From Mycobacterium sp. (GTDB lineage Bacteria; Actinomycetota; Actinomycetes; Mycobacteriales; Mycobacteriaceae): a DNA stretch of 64,000 nt. Made by a program: the position numbers and the translations under genes. This document shows positions 59,706 to 64,000 of this stretch, in pieces. How positions within the stretch are numbered: position 1 is the first letter of the stretch; each line of letters begins with the position of its first letter. The stretch spans positions 847 to 64,846 of the forward strand of contig CAXNJA010000003.1 in assembly GCA_964202555.1 (NCBI GenBank). The letters are read 5' to 3'. The notes below the pieces were generated by a model that saw only the letters and a list, made by a program, of their open reading frames with translations, was not told where the DNA came from and did not search any database.

Positions 59706-61466
59706 GTGATCACTCGCATGTCGGAACTGTTCCTGCGCACTTTGCGCGACGACCCGGCCGACGCCGAGGTTCCCAGCCACAAGCTGCTGATCCGGGCGGG
59801 CTACGTCCGTCCGATCGGACCGGGCCTGTACAGCTGGCTGCCGCTTGGCCTTCGGGTGCTGCGCAAGGTCGAGAACATCGTGCGCGAGGAGATGCTCGCC
59901 ATCGGCGGGCAGGAGATCCTCTTTCCGGCTCTGCTGCCGCGCGCACCCTACGAGACCACCAACCGCTGGACCGAGTACGGCGACGGCGTCTTCCGGCTCA
60001 AGGACCGCCGGATGAACGACTACCTGCTGGGCCCGACCCACGAGGAGTTGTTCACCCTGACCGTCAAGGGGGAGTGCAATTCCTACAAAGACTTCCCGGT
60101 GTTGCTCTTCCAGATCCAGGCCAAGTACCGCGACGAGGCCCGCCCGCGGGCCGGCATCCTGCGCGGCCGGGAGTTCGTCATGAAGGACTCCTACTCCTTC
60201 GACGTCAGCGACGACGGCCTGCGCAAGGTCTATCTCGCCCACCGGGACGCCTATCAGAAGATGTTCTCCCGGATGGCGATTCGCTACGTGATCGTCTCGG
60301 CGGTGTCCGGCGCGATGGGCGGCAGCGCCTCCGAGGAGTTCCTCGCCGAGAGCGATGTCGGCGAGGACACCTTCGTGCGCTGCCTCGAATCGGGCTATGC
60401 CGCCAATGTCGAGGCGGTCACCACCGCCACCCCCGCCCCGCTGCCGACCGATCACCTGTCCGATCCGGTGGTGCATGACACCGGGGACACGCCCACCATC
60501 ACCTCGCTGGTGGAGTGGGCCAACGGGGCGGGCTTGGCGCAGTTCGCCGGCCGCGCGGTCACCGGGGCCGACACCCTGAAGAATGTCCTGCTGAAAGTCC
60601 GTGTCCCCGGAGGGGATTGGGAACTGCTGGGTATCGGCGTCCCGGGTGATCGTGAGGTCGACGACAAGCGACTCGGAGCAGCGCTGGACCCGGCTGAGTA
60701 CACGCTGCTCGACGACGCGGACTTCGCCCGGCACCCATTCCTGCAGAAGGGGTATATCGGGCCGAAAGCGCTCTTGGGCAACGGGGTTCGCTACCTGGTC
60801 GACCCTCGGGTGGCGACGGGGACGTCGTGGATCACCGGCGCCGATGAAACCGGCAAGCATGTCGTCGGCCTCGTGGTGGGACGCGATTTCACCCCGGACG
60901 GGGTGATCGAGGCCGCCGAGGTCCGGGACGGCGATCCCTCACCGGACGGCGCCGGGCCGCTGGTCAGCGCCCGCGGGATCGAGATCGGTCACATCTTCCA
61001 ACTGGGGCGCAAGTACACCGACGCCTTCTCCGTCGACGTGCTCGGCGAGGACGGCAAGCCGGTCCGGCTGACCATGGGGTCCTACGGCATCGGAGTGTCC
61101 CGTCTGGTGGCGGTGATCGCCGAGCAGCACCACGATGAACTGGGGCTGCGCTGGCCGGCGTCGTTGTCGCCATTCGACATTCACGTCGTGATCGCCAATA
61201 AAGATCCCGAAGCGCGGGCCGGCGCCGAGGATCTTGCCGCTGAGTTGGACCGCCGGGGCATCGAGGTACTGCTCGACGACCGGACGGTCTCGCCGGGGGT
61301 CAAGTTCAAAGACGCTGAACTGCTGGGCGTGCCCCGGATCGTGGTGGTGGGCCGTGGCTGGGGCGACGGGACCGCGGAATTGCGCGACCGATTCAGCGGC
61401 CAGACCCGCGAGATCGCCGTCCACAGTGCGGCCGAGGAGATCTCCGCGGCGCTGGCCGAGAACTAA
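59706..61466 (+). CDS. proS: Prolyl-tRNA synthetase (bacterial type with INS editing domain)
   Basis: [47 protein letters not shown] (class II motif 2) and [10 protein letters not shown] (motif 3). Confidence 0.95.
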   Translation: MITRMSELFLRTLRDDPADAEVPSHKLLIRAGYVRPIGPGLYSWLPLGLRVLRKVENIVREEMLAIGGQEILFPALLPRAPYETTNRWTEYGDGVFRLKDRRMNDYLLGPTHEELFTLTVKGECNSYKDFPVLLFQIQAKYRDEARPRAGILRGREFVMKDSYSFDVSDDGLRKVYLAHRDAYQKMFSRMAIRYVIVSAVSGAMGGSASEEFLAESDVGEDTFVRCLESGYAANVEAVTTATPAPLPTDHLSDPVVHDTGDTPTITSLVEWANGAGLAQFAGRAVTGADTLKNVLLKVRVPGGDWELLGIGVPGDREVDDKRLGAALDPAEYTLLDDADFARHPFLQKGYIGPKALLGNGVRYLVDPRVATGTSWITGADETGKHVVGLVVGRDFTPDGVIEAAEVRDGDPSPDGAGPLVSARGIEIGHIFQLGRKYTDAFSVDVLGEDGKPVRLTMGSYGIGVSRLVAVIAEQHHDELGLRWPASLSPFDIHVVIANKDPEARAGAEDLAAELDRRGIEVLLDDRTVSPGVKFKDAELLGVPRIVVVGRGWGDGTAELRDRFSGQTREIAVHSAAEEISAALAEN

Positions 61467-61469
61467 GCG

Positions 61470-61991
61470 CTACTCGGACCCGCCGGGGAACGCCTCGGTC
61501 ACCGGCCAACCGCCCTGCACCACCCGCCAGCGCGCCGCCAGCACCGCGCACTGGGTCAGTGCGGTGCCGGCGAAGGCACGGTCCTGCTCGGCGGTGTCCC
61601 CCGAGGTCTGCTCCAGCACGGCCCGCCAAGCCACCGCGCAGTCGCTTTCCATCCGGATGGCCAGTGTGGCGGCGGCGGCGGGACTGTCCACCGCCATCGG
61701 CAACTGGTAGCCCACCGCCGGCATCGGCACCGTGATCGAGCGCCCGGTCATCAGAGTCACCGCAGCCTCACGCCGGTCCCGATGTTCGGCTACCGATTCG
61801 GAGACCAATTTGTTGTCGTCGGGCATGACGTGTGCCGACACGAGGCCGTACCCGTAGATCGCGGCATGCTCGGCAGCCACCGCGTCGAACCAGGCACCGG
61901 GTCCGGCCTCGCTGGGGCGGTCCGGGTCGGGGGTGACTTCGGCCGACGACGATGACTCATCGGGCGAGGGGGTAGGGGAGGGGGACGTCAC
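61470..61991 (-). CDS. Ferritin-like DUF4439 protein
   Basis: AAEHAAIYGYGLVSAH ... ALTQCAVLAARW, with an Ala-rich ferritin-like fold as in the conserved gene pair between proS and rimP. GTGA overlap with the upstream gene (GTG 61991). Confidence 0.6.
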   Translation of the reverse strand: MTSPSPTPSPDESSSSAEVTPDPDRPSEAGPGAWFDAVAAEHAAIYGYGLVSAHVMPDDNKLVSESVAEHRDRREAAVTLMTGRSITVPMPAVGYQLPMAVDSPAAAATLAIRMESDCAVAWRAVLEQTSGDTAEQDRAFAGTALTQCAVLAARWRVVQGGWPVTEAFPGGSE

Positions 61992-62533
61992 CGTTGCTTC
62001 CTCTCGGTCATGAGGGCCACCGTGAACGCCGCCGTACACGACGCGGCGATCGAGCCCAGCAGTCCGGCCCGGTAGCCCGAAAGTGAGGGCACCAGTTCGG
62101 CGGCGCTATCGGCGGACTTGCGCAGTGCTCCCACGACGTCGGCGACTGTCGGCGGCGGGGCGGGCTTGTCCGACGGGACGGGGGTCGCCGAGGTGGCGGT
62201 GGTGGTTTCGGTCGGTATGGGCTCGCCGGCCGCGCGCGCCAACTCCTCAACCAGAGCGTCGGCGTGCCGGGCCCGCTGGGCCGCAACCTCGCGAAGGGCA
62301 GCCGCCGTCGGGGGCGGAGCGGCCTTGGCGGCCTCGGTGGCCAGTTCGCTGTCTTGGCGGGCGGCTTGCAGTTGCGCCTCCAGTGGGTCGGGTCCCGGCG
62401 GCCGGGACGGCCCGCAACCGACGGGGGCGCTGCCGACGAGGGCGAGCGCCAAAAGTCCACGTCCACTGTTGGCGAGCATGCGACGGCGGCTGAGTACGGG
62501 CACCGGAGCGGGGCCGGATTCGGGGTCGAGCAC
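61988..62533 (-). CDS. Tat-signal lipoprotein, Ala/Pro-rich, function unknown
   Basis: LSRRRMLANSGRGLLALALVGSAPVGC combines a twin-arginine motif with a lipobox. The start is uncertain; GTG 62533 is preferred so that the RR motif is included. Confidence 0.55.
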   Translation of the reverse strand: MLDPESGPAPVPVLSRRRMLANSGRGLLALALVGSAPVGCGPSRPPGPDPLEAQLQAARQDSELATEAAKAAPPPTAAALREVAAQRARHADALVEELARAAGEPIPTETTTATSATPVPSDKPAPPPTVADVVGALRKSADSAAELVPSLSGYRAGLLGSIAASCTAAFTVALMTERKQR

Positions 62534-62614
62534 GCCAACATCCTGCCATTGCCTCCCCAATCGCTGGCGTATCGTTGGTAGCCGGCCAGAACAATTCAAG
62601 ATGAGGAGCTCGCC

Positions 62615-63163
62615 GTGACGCAGCGGACCCAGAGTTCTTCCCCGGGATTGCCCACGCCGGAGCAGGTGAGCGCGTTGCTGTCTGACGAGTTCGCCCGATT
62701 CGGCTACGAGATCGACGACGTACTGTTCGACGTACATGCCAAACCCCCGCGCATCCGCGTCATCGCTGATGGGGACACCCCGCTGGACCTCGAGGCGGTC
62801 GCCGAGCTGTCCCGCCGCGCCTCGGCGCTGCTTGACACCGTTGACACCGGCCAGGCCCCGTACACGCTGGAGGTCAGTTCGCCGGGCGTGGACCGGCCAC
62901 TAACGGCCGCGAAGCACTTCCGCCGGGCCCGAGGCCGCCGCGTCGAGGTCTCTTTGAATGACGGCACCGATCTGACCGGCAGGCTCGGTCCCACCGCCGA
63001 TGGTGTCGTCCAGATCGTGGTGCGCCGCGGCCGGGACTTCGAGGTCCGCCGGCTGCCGCTGACCGATATCCGCAAAGCCGTTGTCCAAGTGGAGTTCTCC
63101 CCGCCAAGCGCCCAGGAACTCGAACTGGTCGGCGGCGCTCATCCGAAGGAGTCCGGGGCATGA
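62615..63163 (+). CDS. rimP: Ribosome maturation factor RimP
   Basis: [12 protein letters not shown] motif. Immediately upstream of nusA, with an ATGA overlap. Confidence 0.9.
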   Translation: MTQRTQSSSPGLPTPEQVSALLSDEFARFGYEIDDVLFDVHAKPPRIRVIADGDTPLDLEAVAELSRRASALLDTVDTGQAPYTLEVSSPGVDRPLTAAKHFRRARGRRVEVSLNDGTDLTGRLGPTADGVVQIVVRRGRDFEVRRLPLTDIRKAVVQVEFSPPSAQELELVGGAHPKESGA

Positions 63164-64000
63164 ACATCGACATGGGAGCACTGCACGCGATCGAGGTCGA
63201 CCGTGGGATTTCGGTCGAGGAGTTGGTGGACACCATCAAGACAGCGCTGTTGACCGCCTACCGCCACACCGAGGGCCACCAACCCGACGCCCGCATCGAC
63301 ATCGACCGCAAGAGCGGCGCGGTGCAGGTGATGGCCCGCGAGACCGACGACGACGGCAACGTGATCAGCGAATGGGACGACACTCCCGAGGGTTTCGGAC
63401 GGGTTGCGGCCACCACCGCGCGCCAGGTCATGCTGCAGCGGTTCCGCGACGCCGAGAATGAGCGGGTCTACGGCGAGTTCTCCGCCCGGGAGGGCGACAT
63501 CGTCGCCGGGGTGGTGCAACGCGACGCCCGGGAGAACGCGCGGGGCAACGTGGTGGTGCGACTGGGCAGCGAGAGCAAGGGCTCCGACGGAATGATCCGG
63601 CCCGCTGAGCAGGTGCCCGGCGAATCGTATGGGCACGGCGACCGGCTGCGCTGCTACGTCGTCGGCGTGACCCGTGGCATGCGGGAGCCGCGCATCGAAC
63701 TCTCGCGCACCCACCCCAACCTGGTCCGGAAACTGTTCTCCCTGGAGGTGCCCGAGATCGCCGAGGGCTCGGTGGAGATCGTCGCGGTGGCCCGTGAGGC
63801 CGGGCACCGCTCCAAGATCGCGGTGCGGGCTAAGCCCGGCGGTCTCAACACCGGGCTTAATGCGAAGGGCGCCTGCATCGGGCCGATGGGCCAGCGGGTT
63901 CGCAATGTGATGAGCGAACTGTCCGGGGAGAAGATCGACATCATCGACTACGACGAAGACCCTGCCCGGTTCGTCGGGAACGCGCTGTCCCCGGCCAAGG
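63160..64000 (+). CDS. nusA: Transcription termination/antitermination factor NusA (3' end cut by window edge)
   Basis: My own translation of frame 1 from ATG 63160: [36 protein letters not shown]...[26 protein letters not shown] (S1 and KH domains). It is not in the ORF track because no stop lies in the window. Confidence 0.95.
   Translation, partial: MNIDMGALHAIEVDRGISVEELVDTIKTALLTAYRHTEGHQPDARIDIDRKSGAVQVMARETDDDGNVISEWDDTPEGFGRVAATTARQVMLQRFRDAENERVYGEFSAREGDIVAGVVQRDARENARGNVVVRLGSESKGSDGMIRPAEQVPGESYGHGDRLRCYVVGVTRGMREPRIELSRTHPNLVRKLFSLEVPEIAEGSVEIVAVAREAGHRSKIAVRAKPGGLNTGLNAKGACIGPMGQRVRNVMSELSGEKIDIIDYDEDPARFVGNALSPAK

Noticed and set aside
58674-60860. 728-aa minus-strand ORF spanning the second efpA copy and proS
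   Set aside because: It crosses two well-supported plus-strand genes and their intergenic spacer. Its composition (R, G, D, Q, H runs) is that of the GC-rich reverse frame, and no domain is recognisable.

Overview
This is a visibly high-GC actinobacterial chromosome segment (G+C not computed). All calls rest on reading the supplied ORF translations and the DNA by eye; no searches or HMMs were run.

Backbone: the gene order is xerC, rpsB, tsf, amidase, pyrH, frr, cdsA, rlmN, then mpt70/mpt83-like, dxr, rip1, ispG, a PBP lipoprotein and map. It continues with glnA4, an amidotransferase, an aldehyde dehydrogenase, an SDR and nicT, then mqo, a chelatase, cobO, cobB, cysG, efpA, proS, rimP and nusA. 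As far as I recall, this matches the Rv2894c to Rv2841c region of Mycobacterium tuberculosis read in the opposite direction. The window is therefore most likely a non-tuberculous Mycobacterium chromosome. It is densely coding, with many ATGA/GTGA start-stop overlaps. I recognised no rRNA, tRNA, CRISPR array, IS element or prophage.

Accessory blocks and notable features embedded in the backbone:
1. A candidate IdeR iron box precedes an Fe(III)-type ABC importer. The importer is translationally coupled to an unusual single-polypeptide adenylation / carrier / AT3 membrane acyltransferase, which is followed 4 nt later by a photolyase.
2. A TetR-fronted operon encodes a BBE-like flavin oxidase, a PhlG-like hydrolase and a DUF1330 protein.
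3. An APC permease is divergent from a gamma-glutamylation (Puu-like) catabolic operon, with a 17-bp x3 tandem repeat in the shared promoter.
4. A 1562-aa exported repeat protein carries PPE-MPTR-type NxGxGNxG pentapeptide tracts. It has a Sec-type signal peptide and no PE/PPE domain.
5. That giant gene is bracketed by two NiCoT transporter paralogues. One lies behind a cobalamin riboswitch; the other lies next to a Fur-family regulator with a Nur-box-like operator.
6. A carotenoid-cleavage oxygenase and a tandem efpA duplication are also present.

The most novel-looking items are the A-T-AT3 fusion in an iron-uptake operon and the PPE-less MPTR giant protein.
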